Assembly (NCBI GenBank): GCA_016841965.1
Contig: JAEANN010000016.1
Span: 39,305-103,304 of the forward strand
From: Candidatus Roseilinea mizusawaensis
Lineage (GTDB): Bacteria; Chloroflexota; Anaerolineae; J036; Brachytrichaceae
Length of the DNA: 64,000 nucleotides
Reading direction: 5' to 3'
Positions 49,669 to 58,128 of the stretch are shown here, one piece after another (position 1 is the stretch's first letter; the number at the start of each line of letters is the position of its first letter). Under the pieces are notes generated by a model. That model had not been told where the DNA came from. It worked only from the letters and a program-made list of their open reading frames with translations, and searched no databases. Both the position numbers and the translations under genes were made by a program.

Positions 49669-50594
49669 CGGTAATCCCCATAGTTCACCGGCTGCGACCA
49701 GGCGTCGCCCGGCTTCAACCGCTGGCGTGTTGCTGCGCCGAGCTTCTGCACGTATTCTGCCCGATCCTTCACGCCATATACCCATTCATCCAGCCAGCCC
49801 GCTGTGCGTTCTGCATCACGCGAGATGTCATCCCATTCCAGGTAGAACGCGTTGTCGCGGTCGTAGTAGCCCTGCGCGTATGAGGGATGCGCGCCAAATG
49901 GTTCATGCACAACGGCATCGACGATCAGGCCGGGAATGATGGTGCGGTTGGGGTCGGCGCGGATGACTGCCTCCTCCACGATTTCTTCGACGACCACGAT
50001 CACTTTGTGCGCGGCGAAGGCAACTTCTTTCTGCGCGCCGAGCAGACCCCAGAGCTGGGTGTTGCCGGCTGCGTCGGCGCGCTGCGCGTGCAGGATGGCC
50101 ACATCGGGATTCAGCGGCGGCACGACGGCTACAGTCTCGCCGTCGTAGGGGCTTTGGACAAACTGGATACGCGAGTTGGCCGCCGGCATGTCCGAGCCGG
50201 CGTAACTGCGCAATGGGTAAAACGGCAGATGGGCGGCCCCGGCGATGTACCGCCCGATCATGCCGAAGTGCGAATATTCCTCGATCTCCAACGGCGCCGG
50301 GATGCCTTGTTCGATTGCCCGCCGGATGCAGTTGAGTGAGCCCACGCCGGGATTGCCCAAGTAGCTGAACACCAGCCTGCGCGCCACGCCGGCCGCCACC
50401 ATCTGGTCATAGATCACATCGGGCGTCATGCGAATCAGCGTCAGGTCGTGCTTGCGCTGGCGGATGATCTCGTGGCCGGCGGCGAAACAGATGAATGCGG
50501 TGAAGCCCTCAATGGCGACGGAATGGCCGTCGTGCACATACCGTTCGATGGCCTCACGCATGGACAACAGTTTTGTGTTCATCGGGGCAATCAC
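49665..50594 (-). CDS. Family I CoA-transferase subunit A
   Basis: LSMREAIERYVHDGHSVAIEGF.. alpha-subunit pattern. GTG 50594 or ATG 50582. Confidence 0.8.
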   Translation of the reverse strand: MIAPMNTKLLSMREAIERYVHDGHSVAIEGFTAFICFAAGHEIIRQRKHDLTLIRMTPDVIYDQMVAAGVARRLVFSYLGNPGVGSLNCIRRAIEQGIPAPLEIEEYSHFGMIGRYIAGAAHLPFYPLRSYAGSDMPAANSRIQFVQSPYDGETVAVVPPLNPDVAILHAQRADAAGNTQLWGLLGAQKEVAFAAHKVIVVVEEIVEEAVIRADPNRTIIPGLIVDAVVHEPFGAHPSYAQGYYDRDNAFYLEWDDISRDAERTAGWLDEWVYGVKDRAEYVQKLGAATRQRLKPGDAWSQPVNYGDYR

Positions 50595-50637
50595 GCTGTG
50601 AGCGATGCCGGGTCAATCCACTCACTCCAATGACGAA

Positions 50638-52284
50638 CTAACCACTCCGCGTCTGGCTTTGCTCGCGCAAGTACTGCTGCACATAGTACAGCCCGCCGCC
50701 GCCGCGCGAGGTGCTGCCGCTGCCCTTCCATCCCCCGAACGGTTGCACTCCCGGCCATGCGCCCGTCGTTGCCCCTTTCTCGCGGTTGACGTACACCACG
50801 CCGGCCTCGATGTGATCGAGGAAGTACTGCACTTCTTTGCGGTCGCGGCTGTAGAAGCCGGCAGTCAGGCCGTAGATGCTGTCGTTGGCCTCGCCCAAGA
50901 CCTCTTCCAGATCGCTGTATTCGCCGATCACCACAAAGGGCAAAAACAGTTCTTCCTTGAACAGGCGGTGCTCGCGCGGCAGCCCATCCACGATGGTGGG
51001 AGCGCAATAGAATCCTTTGGCAAGGTCGCCTTCGATCAGCGGGTAACCGCCGGCCACAATTTCACCGCCATCCCGTGTGGCCAGCGCCACGCAGTCCTGG
51101 AACTTCTGATAGGCTGCCTGGTTGATGACCGGCCCGGTGAACACGCCGGCCTGGGTTGGGTCGCCCACTTTCAGTGTCTCTGTCTTCTGCTTCAACAGCG
51201 CGACGAACTGCTCTTTGATCTCTCGGTGCGCATACACGCGCGATGCAGCGCTGCATTTTTGCCCGCTCAGCCCGAACGCCGAGCGCGCCACGCCTTCCAC
51301 CGCCTTGCCCAGGTCGGCTTTGTTGCTGACGATAACGGGGTTTTTGCCGCCCATCTCGGCGACGCATGGGCGTGGATAACGAATGCTGAAGCGTTTAAGA
51401 ATGTTAAAACCCACGTCGAACGAGCCGGTGAAGGTCATGCCGCCGACATCGGGATGTGAGACCAGCTCTTCGCCCACCGTGCGGCCCGGCCCGGTGACGA
51501 AATTGACCACGCCCGCCGGCAGCCCGGCGTCGAGAAAGCATTGGGCCAGGTGCCACGTGCTGATGGGCGTATCGCTGGCCGGCTTCAGCACCACCGTGTT
51601 GCCGGCCACCAGTGCGGCCCCCATCGGCCCGCCACTGAGGGCCACCGGAAAGTTGAACGGCGAAATCACCACCCATACGCCATAGGGCTTCATCACGCTG
51701 CGCGTTTGCGCGTTTCCTTCTGGCTGCATGGCGTGGATGAAGCCATCGTTGGCTTCCATCTGGTCGCAGTAATAGTCGATTAGGTCGGCGGTTTCCTTCA
51801 CGTCGCCCAACGCCTCGGCCCGGCTCTTGCCCACATCCAGGCTTAACCAAGCCGACAGCTCGAACAGCCGCTTGTTGATCAGCGCGGCGACTTTGCGCAA
51901 CATCGCCACACGTCGCCGCCACGGCAGCCCGCTCCAGGCCGGGAAAGCGGCTCTTGCGGCAGCAATCGCATCCTGTGCGTCCTGCGCCGAACCCACCTGT
52001 GCGTAACCGAGCACCACGTCTGTGTTAATCGGTGTGCGTTTGGGCGCCTCCTCAATCGCGACGCGATGTTCGCCGTTGATGAGCATCGGATACGAGCGCC
52101 CCAGTTGGGCGCTGACGGCGGCATAGGCGCGGTCGTATTGCTTCAGCGCGCGCGGGTCGGTCAGCGCAGTGCTGAGATTGGCATAGGTAATGACAAGGGC
52201 CGATTTTGGTTTTGCCGCCGGCTTGCGCGTTGGTTTGCGCGCCGGCTTGCCGAGAGCTTTGGCTGTTCGTGTTCTGGTAGCCAT
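50638..52284 (-). CDS. Aldehyde dehydrogenase family, 1-pyrroline-5-carboxylate / semialdehyde dehydrogenase-like, with Lys/Pro/Arg-rich N-terminal tail
   Basis: EMGGKNP (catalytic Glu) and GQKCSAASR (catalytic Cys). GAGGAGG RBS 6 nt before ATG 52284 (MATRTRTAKALGKPARKPTRKPAAKPK...). Confidence 0.85.
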   Translation of the reverse strand: MATRTRTAKALGKPARKPTRKPAAKPKSALVITYANLSTALTDPRALKQYDRAYAAVSAQLGRSYPMLINGEHRVAIEEAPKRTPINTDVVLGYAQVGSAQDAQDAIAAARAAFPAWSGLPWRRRVAMLRKVAALINKRLFELSAWLSLDVGKSRAEALGDVKETADLIDYYCDQMEANDGFIHAMQPEGNAQTRSVMKPYGVWVVISPFNFPVALSGGPMGAALVAGNTVVLKPASDTPISTWHLAQCFLDAGLPAGVVNFVTGPGRTVGEELVSHPDVGGMTFTGSFDVGFNILKRFSIRYPRPCVAEMGGKNPVIVSNKADLGKAVEGVARSAFGLSGQKCSAASRVYAHREIKEQFVALLKQKTETLKVGDPTQAGVFTGPVINQAAYQKFQDCVALATRDGGEIVAGGYPLIEGDLAKGFYCAPTIVDGLPREHRLFKEELFLPFVVIGEYSDLEEVLGEANDSIYGLTAGFYSRDRKEVQYFLDHIEAGVVYVNREKGATTGAWPGVQPFGGWKGSGSTSRGGGGLYYVQQYLREQSQTRSG

Positions 52285-52314
52285 TCTTATCCTCCTCACA
52301 CGTGCAACGCTGCA

Positions 52315-53700
52315 CTAGGGCAGCAACTCATCGATCACCGATAATCCCCACTCCAGATCAGAGTGTTCGATCACGAGCGGTGGACACACAAACATCAGGT
52401 TGCCGCGCACGGCCAGACTGACCCCGCGCTGCAATGCTGCGCGGGCCAGCGTTTTCAACCAGGGCAATGGTTGCGGAAAAGTATCTTCGGTCATCTCGAC
52501 GCAGGCGAACAAACCCAGCCCGCGCACGTCGCCGATGCAGGCATGCCGGCGTTGCATGGCGCGCAATCGCTCGAACATCCACCTGCCGAGCTGGGTCGCG
52601 CGGGCGATCAGTCCTTCAGCGTCGTAGGCTTCTATCGCTGCCAGCCCGGCTGCGCACGCCAGCGGATGTCCGCTGTAGGTCAAACCGGTCTCCAGCGTGC
52701 GCGCATCAAAACAGGCTGCGACGCGCTCTGTCACGCAAATGGCGCCCAGCGGGATATGCGCGCCGGTCAATCCTTTGGCCAGGGTGAACAGGTCGGGGCA
52801 GGGCAGGGCGCCGGCCTGAGTTGTGTGCTGAGCCTGCCAGGCAAACCACGCCCCGCAGCGGCCAAATCCGCTCATCACTTCGTCTGCGATCAGCAGGATG
52901 CCATATCGGTCGCAGATCTCGCGCAGGCGGGGCCAGTAGTCTGGCGGCGCGGCGATGCCGTTCGTGCCGGCGGCCGGCTCTGCGATCAGCGCAGCCACGC
53001 TGTCCGGCCCTTCCTGCCGGATCACGGCTTCGACGTGATCGGCGCAGCGCAGACCGCAGTCGGGGTAGCGCAAGCCGAATGGGCAGCGATAGCAATAAGG
53101 GGGCAGTACGCGCGCCACATCACGCAGGCCGTCTGTCATGCCGCGGCTGCGCGCATCTCCGCTGACGCTCAGGGCGCCGTGTGTTGCGCCGTGATAGGAA
53201 CGGTAACGCGAGATGATCTTGCGCCGGCCGGTGACCCAGCGCGCGATCTTGATGGCATGCTCGGTGGCCTCTGCGCCGTCGCAGGTGAAGAACACGCGCC
53301 CGTAGATCGGAGTTTGGAGTTTGGATTTTGGATTTTGGATTGCGCCTTCTGGATTGTGTATTCTGCGCTCTGTGTTGTGTTCTCTGTCTTCTGCGTTCTG
53401 GATTCTGGATTCTGGATTCTGATTTGCCAGGGCGACGATGCGCTGCGCCAGTTCGGCGCGCGGCTGCGCGCCCCAGGCGTTCGAGATGTAGCACAGCCGG
53501 CCGGCCTGTTCCTGAATGGCCCGCACCACAGCCGGGTGCTGGTGGCCCAGGTTGCAGCATTCGGCCTGGCTGCTCAAGTCAAGATAGCGCCGGCCTTGCT
53601 TGTCCCAGAACCACGCGCCGGCGCCGCCAACAATCGTTGCGGCGTTCCAGTCCGCTTGTTTGGTCCAGGTGTGCAGGACGAATTGCTTTTCATCAACCAT
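52315..53700 (-). CDS. Class III PLP aminotransferase (omega-amino acid:pyruvate-type) carrying a ~39-aa low-complexity insertion
   Basis: DGAEATEHAIK, IADEVMSGFGRCG and TLAKGLTG (PLP Lys). Insertion is NQNPESRIQNAEDREHNTERRIHNPEGAIQNPKSKLQTP. Confidence 0.85.
   Translation of the reverse strand: MVDEKQFVLHTWTKQADWNAATIVGGAGAWFWDKQGRRYLDLSSQAECCNLGHQHPAVVRAIQEQAGRLCYISNAWGAQPRAELAQRIVALANQNPESRIQNAEDREHNTERRIHNPEGAIQNPKSKLQTPIYGRVFFTCDGAEATEHAIKIARWVTGRRKIISRYRSYHGATHGALSVSGDARSRGMTDGLRDVARVLPPYCYRCPFGLRYPDCGLRCADHVEAVIRQEGPDSVAALIAEPAAGTNGIAAPPDYWPRLREICDRYGILLIADEVMSGFGRCGAWFAWQAQHTTQAGALPCPDLFTLAKGLTGAHIPLGAICVTERVAACFDARTLETGLTYSGHPLACAAGLAAIEAYDAEGLIARATQLGRWMFERLRAMQRRHACIGDVRGLGLFACVEMTEDTFPQPLPWLKTLARAALQRGVSLAVRGNLMFVCPPLVIEHSDLEWGLSVIDELLP
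53309..53422. repeat. Microsatellite block inside the aminotransferase CDS: GGA(G/T)TTT x ~5 (53309-53342), TTCTG-rich middle, (A/G)TTCTG(G/A) x4 (53395-53422)
   Basis: Read directly from the sequence. The block is T/G-rich on the plus strand in an otherwise GC-rich gene and stays in-frame (117 nt). Confidence 0.9.
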
Positions 53701-53706
53701 GGTGGG

Positions 53707-53734
53707 TAGTCAGTAGCCAGTAGTCAGTAGTCAG
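53707..53734. repeat. 7-mer tandem repeat TAGTCAG/TAGCCAG x4 immediately upstream of the aminotransferase ATG (53700)
   Basis: Copies at 53707-13, 53714-20, 53721-27 and 53728-34. Confidence 0.9.
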
Positions 53735-53769
53735 ATACTCTGCGCCTGCTGGTGATGGGCGTTGCCGCA

Positions 53770-55110
53770 TCATGCTCGCTCCTCGGCCTCGCGCACGGCG
53801 TCCTCGAAGATGGCAAGGGCTTCATCGGCCAGGGTGGTGGGGATGTTCAATGGCGGGGCGAAGCGCACTACGCTCGCGCCGCAGCCCAGCAGCAACAGCC
53901 CGCGCTCGAATGCGCCGCGCAAGACGGCTTCCATCAAATCATGGGCCGGCTCGCGTGTCGCTTTGTCTTTCACCAGTTCAACGCCGATCATCAGCCCCAG
54001 CCCGCGCACATGGCCGATGCACGGATGGCGCTCTTGCATGTGACGCAGTTTGCTCAGCATGTGCTCGCCCACTTTGCGCGCGTTGTCCATGTAACCTGTT
54101 TCAATCAGGCGCATGGTTTCGAGGGCGGCGGCGCAGGCGAGCGGGTTCCCGCCATAGGTGTTGCCATGCGCGCCCGGCTTCCAGGTCATCAGGTGTTCGC
54201 GCGCGATCATGGCTCCGAAAGGCACGCCAGAGGCAATGCCTTTGGCGCTGCACACGATGTCTGGCTCGATGTGCGAATGCTCGACGGCCCACCATTTGCC
54301 GCTGCGACCCATGCCGCTTTGCACTTCATCGACGATCAACACAATGCCGTGCCGGTCGCATAGATCGCGCAGGCGGGGCAGGAAGTTGGGCGCCGGCACA
54401 ACGTAGCCACCCTCGCCCAGCACCGGCTCCACCAGCACAGCGGCTACCTCATCGGCCGGCACGTCGTATTTGAACACCACACGCTCGATGTAATCGACGC
54501 AGGCGTCGCCATAGTCGCGCACCGCGTCGGTGTCGTCGTGGGCGCTGAAATCCAGACAAGGCCGGTAGGGGTCAGCGTAAGGAACCTTGACCACGCCGTT
54601 CAACAACGGTCCAAAGCCGCGATGCTGAATCGGCTTGCTGCCGGTCAGGCTGACCGATCCATACGTGCGCCCGTGAAAGCCACCGTAGAAGCCGATCAAA
54701 TAAGGCCGGCCGGTGTAATAGCGAGCCAGTTTCAACGCGGCTTCGATTGCCTCTGTGCCCGAGTTGGTCAGAAACGTCCGGCTGTTTTCCGCAAAGGGGG
54801 CAATGTCGTTCAGCTTTTCCGCTACCCGCACCATGCCTTCGTGGTAATAGTCCGACGAGATGTGAATGAATTTCTCGGCCTGCTGCTGGATGGCGCGCAC
54901 GATATCGGGGTGTGAGTGGCCGGTGGCGCATACGGCGATGCCGGCGGCGCAATCGATGTAGCGGAATCCATCCACATCCCAGACTTCGCTGCCGCGCCCA
55001 TGAGACATGACAAACGGATAGTCGCGGGGATATGAGGGCGAAATGACCTTTGCATCACGCGCCAGCAGGGCGCGCGCCTTTGGCCCTGGCACGGGGTTTT
55101 TGTGCAGCAT
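53770..55110 (-). CDS. Class III PLP aminotransferase (4-aminobutyrate / acetylornithine aminotransferase family)
   Basis: TNSGTEAIEAALK, VDEVQSGMGRSGKWWA and CSAKGIASG. GGAGAG RBS before ATG 55110. The upstream ORF extension is rejected. Confidence 0.88.
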   Translation of the reverse strand: MLHKNPVPGPKARALLARDAKVISPSYPRDYPFVMSHGRGSEVWDVDGFRYIDCAAGIAVCATGHSHPDIVRAIQQQAEKFIHISSDYYHEGMVRVAEKLNDIAPFAENSRTFLTNSGTEAIEAALKLARYYTGRPYLIGFYGGFHGRTYGSVSLTGSKPIQHRGFGPLLNGVVKVPYADPYRPCLDFSAHDDTDAVRDYGDACVDYIERVVFKYDVPADEVAAVLVEPVLGEGGYVVPAPNFLPRLRDLCDRHGIVLIVDEVQSGMGRSGKWWAVEHSHIEPDIVCSAKGIASGVPFGAMIAREHLMTWKPGAHGNTYGGNPLACAAALETMRLIETGYMDNARKVGEHMLSKLRHMQERHPCIGHVRGLGLMIGVELVKDKATREPAHDLMEAVLRGAFERGLLLLGCGASVVRFAPPLNIPTTLADEALAIFEDAVREAEERA

Positions 55111-55145
55111 CTTGGCTCTCCTTACTGACCGCGCCGCCGGTGGAA

Positions 55146-55202
55146 GTTGTCTTGAGTTGTCTTCGTTGTCTTCTCTTCGTTGTCTTCTCTTCGTTGTCTT
55201 CA
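55146..55202. repeat. Five copies of GTTGTCTT, the last three within a 14-mer tandem (CTTCGTTGTCTTCT x3, 55161-55202), 36-92 nt upstream of the aminotransferase start
   Basis: Octamer copies at 55146, 55156, 55165, 55179 and 55193. Confidence 0.9.
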
Positions 55203-55347
55203 ATGGAGCGCCGCCTGGACAAAAGTATAGGCCAGAGCGGGCTGGTGTGGGTTTGGTCGAGCAGGGGCGCGCCGTGTCAGACTGCGCCTTGAACTGCCGC
55301 GACACAGCGTGTCCGGCCCGCCTTCGGGCCGCTTCTTGCGCGCGCGC

Positions 55348-58074
55348 TCATAACCCAAGCAGTCCCACGGAGCGCAAGAGGGCCTTCAGCGTGATGTCCA
55401 GTGCGTCAAGGCTGAAGCTGAATGCCAGCAATGCGACAACGGCGATTGCCGCCGATAGCAGCATAATGACGACGGCGATCAGCCAGCTCCATCGGCCGTG
55501 ATAGAGGATGATCTGGCTGAGCGCAATCCAGTGTGACAGCAGTCTCAGCGCCAGCACGCCGGCGCCGAGGATTGTTCCCACCTGCGGGATGAGGATGACC
55601 GGTGTGAATACCAGCGGCATGGACGCAAAGGCAAGCACGCGCATGAGCACCGTCAACTCTCCCGGCAGGCGCAGAATGCGGCAGGCTGCCTGCGTGGTGG
55701 CTACGTTGATCAGCCATGCCACCATACTCGAACTGATGCCTGCGACGATATTGATATCGGGGACGTTGGGTTGGGCTTGCAGCACTACCAGCGTGGCCCC
55801 TGCAATCAACGAAGTGATCACAGCCAGCAACAGCGCCGGCCCGGTGGCGTAGGGATCGCCGGCCACATCGCGATAGACTCGCTGATTGAGCAGCAGCGCG
55901 TTCACCGCCTGCTGAGTCCACAGCCGCCAGTTGCGCAAGCCATGCACCAACACCGGCCACGTCCATGATCGGTTCTCTTCGGCTGTTGGCAGCTTGGGTT
56001 TGAGCGGGTCGCCGGGCAGCCCGCGTCGCGCGTCGAGCAGCGCAAAGATGTCTGTGGCGTTCGAGGTCGGCGGCACAACCATGTCGGCCGGGTGCAGGAT
56101 GAAGGCGTCGGTCTGTGGGCCGCCTAATCCACCGTGACTGCCGACCAGCTCCTCGAAAGCGGCAACCTGGCCATCGGGATACAGGCTGCTGTTGATGATC
56201 AGGTCTCCGGCGTTGGGGAACTCGGCCATGCGTAGCAGTTGCGCAGCCCGCAGGTCGGGATCGCCGTAGGGGATCAAGGGGTCTATGCCGGTGACAGCGC
56301 CCGTGACCAGGTTGCGTGCGCCCGACTTGCTTAGGGCGATCGGTGTCTCCTCGTCGTCCCAGACGACGACGAATCCGACTCCCGGATGGCTGACCAGTGC
56401 GTCGATCAGGCCAGGGTGCTCGCCTTCAAAGTCGCTAAGCTTCACCCGGCCCGCGCTCAGGTTGAGATAGACATGCGCCATGTTGCCGCCGGCGCACACC
56501 ACCACGCGCGGTCGCGTTGTGGTGGGAGTTGCCGGCTCTGCTGCATCGGGGGATGCAGATACCCGTCGTTCCAAGGCGCGCCCGGTGCGACCCAGCGCGG
56601 CATTGCGCACTCTGTCGCGTCGGCGTTTGTCAGGCCTTTGCAAGTTGGCGTTGCGCAATTCGGCGGCAAGCGCGGCCACGAAATATTGGCCGGTGTCGCT
56701 GCCGGTCGGCGCGCTGGTTGGCGCATGGATCAGGCTTTCGATGAGCTGCGCCAGTGTGATCCCGTATCGTTGGCGGAAGGTCGCGCCCACCGATTGGCCG
56801 TGGTCAGACAGAATGAACAGGTCATACGGCCGGCCGGCTTTGTGCTGGATCACGTCGCGCACGCGGCCAATGCTGCGGTCGAGCGCGCGCAAGGTGTTCA
56901 GCGCATCGGGTGAATCTGGGCCGGCGTGATGCGCCACCTCGTCATAGCCCACGTAGGTGGTGTAGATGGCCGGCACGCCGCGAATGATGTCGAGGATCAC
57001 CATGTACGTGCCCAGTTCGCGCAGAAATACGTTGGTCACCGCGCGCAGGATGGGATAGGCTTTGCGCAATCGGTTGATGCGCGGCTGCACATTCAATACC
57101 CGTTGCCGGGCGGCCTCGAATACTTCCACCACCAGATCCCACAGTGTCAGCAGCACACTGCGTGTAAAGATGTATGGATTCAGCCAGAACAGATATAGAT
57201 CCTCGTTTCGGCGGCGTGTGATGTCTTCGTTTGTGTCACGCAGCATGCTCATGGTCAACAGGCTCTTGGCTGCGTCGCCGGCCATCAGGTTGTTGATGCT
57301 CGACCCGCCGCGCAACAATCCGTTGCCGTTGGCGTAGCGGGCGTTTAACTCGGCGGCGTCGCTGAACCGGTTCGACACCAGCATGCGCCCGGTGGACTTT
57401 TCGTACCAGCGGAAGGCGGGGATGTCGTAGTTGTCGCCGTACATGATGCCGGCCTGACACGACGAAGTCTGCGAGGGCAGCCCGCAGTCGAAGTGAGACA
57501 GATGGTGCGTGCCGTCGCGCAGCATTTGGCGCACCGTCGGCATGATGCCCCTGTCGATTGCACCCTGCATCCGCGCGTGACTCAGGCCGTCAATTTCCAG
57601 GATGACAATACCCCGTCCCGGCTCGACAGCCGCCGGCAGGCTCATGCGCCGGCTCAACCATTGCACCATGCCGTCAAAGAATGAATAGTCGTCGTCGATG
57701 CTGGTCAGGCTGCTCAACACTGTGTTGGTGGCCGAGAGCGCCAGCGCCCCCAGCAGCGCCGAGCCGGCGTCTTGGATCTGAAATGTCGGCAATAGCCACG
57801 CCGTAATGCTCAGCGTCAGCGCGTTAACCAACAGTGTGGTCAGGCCGAACGTCAAGACGTTGAGCGGCAGTGTAACCAGCAGCAGGAGCGGCCGCACCAG
57901 CGCGTTGACGATTGCCAGCGTCAGCGCAACCGACATGGCGATGATCAGGTGCGGCGTCTCTGGCGTATCGATGACCACGATGCCCGGCACCATGTAGCTG
58001 GCCAGTAACAACGATATGCCCTCGATGAACCAGACGGCGATGAAGCGGACGACAATGTTGCGAACCTGTCTCAT
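55348..58074 (-). CDS. Multidomain membrane protein: DUF360/holin-family-4-like N-terminus, alkaline-phosphatase-superfamily (type I phosphodiesterase/nucleotide pyrophosphatase-like) domain, Yip1-like C-terminal membrane domain
   Basis: N-terminus: ASYMVPGIVV...VNALVRPLLLLVTLPLNVLTFGL. Middle: ILEIDGLS...GYDEVAHH...ILSDHGQ (metal/nucleophile-like motifs). C-terminus: 5 TM helices. Confidence 0.7.
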   Translation of the reverse strand: MRQVRNIVVRFIAVWFIEGISLLLASYMVPGIVVIDTPETPHLIIAMSVALTLAIVNALVRPLLLLVTLPLNVLTFGLTTLLVNALTLSITAWLLPTFQIQDAGSALLGALALSATNTVLSSLTSIDDDYSFFDGMVQWLSRRMSLPAAVEPGRGIVILEIDGLSHARMQGAIDRGIMPTVRQMLRDGTHHLSHFDCGLPSQTSSCQAGIMYGDNYDIPAFRWYEKSTGRMLVSNRFSDAAELNARYANGNGLLRGGSSINNLMAGDAAKSLLTMSMLRDTNEDITRRRNEDLYLFWLNPYIFTRSVLLTLWDLVVEVFEAARQRVLNVQPRINRLRKAYPILRAVTNVFLRELGTYMVILDIIRGVPAIYTTYVGYDEVAHHAGPDSPDALNTLRALDRSIGRVRDVIQHKAGRPYDLFILSDHGQSVGATFRQRYGITLAQLIESLIHAPTSAPTGSDTGQYFVAALAAELRNANLQRPDKRRRDRVRNAALGRTGRALERRVSASPDAAEPATPTTTRPRVVVCAGGNMAHVYLNLSAGRVKLSDFEGEHPGLIDALVSHPGVGFVVVWDDEETPIALSKSGARNLVTGAVTGIDPLIPYGDPDLRAAQLLRMAEFPNAGDLIINSSLYPDGQVAAFEELVGSHGGLGGPQTDAFILHPADMVVPPTSNATDIFALLDARRGLPGDPLKPKLPTAEENRSWTWPVLVHGLRNWRLWTQQAVNALLLNQRVYRDVAGDPYATGPALLLAVITSLIAGATLVVLQAQPNVPDINIVAGISSSMVAWLINVATTQAACRILRLPGELTVLMRVLAFASMPLVFTPVILIPQVGTILGAGVLALRLLSHWIALSQIILYHGRWSWLIAVVIMLLSAAIAVVALLAFSFSLDALDITLKALLRSVGLLGL

Positions 58075-58128
58075 GTCGATCTGCGCGCGGTTTACGATCG
58101 CTCGTTCCTGAGCTTGGCCGGCCCGGCG

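Noticed and set aside
53309-55202. Repeat arrays considered as a CRISPR array.
   Set aside because: The units are 7-14 bp with no unique spacers, one array lies inside a CDS, and there are no cas genes. These are microsatellites, not CRISPR.
55348-55720. 'Phage holin family' resemblance as evidence for a prophage or lysis cassette.
   Set aside because: It is a DUF360-type membrane module fused to a large enzyme. There are no endolysin, integrase, capsid or other phage genes anywhere in the window.
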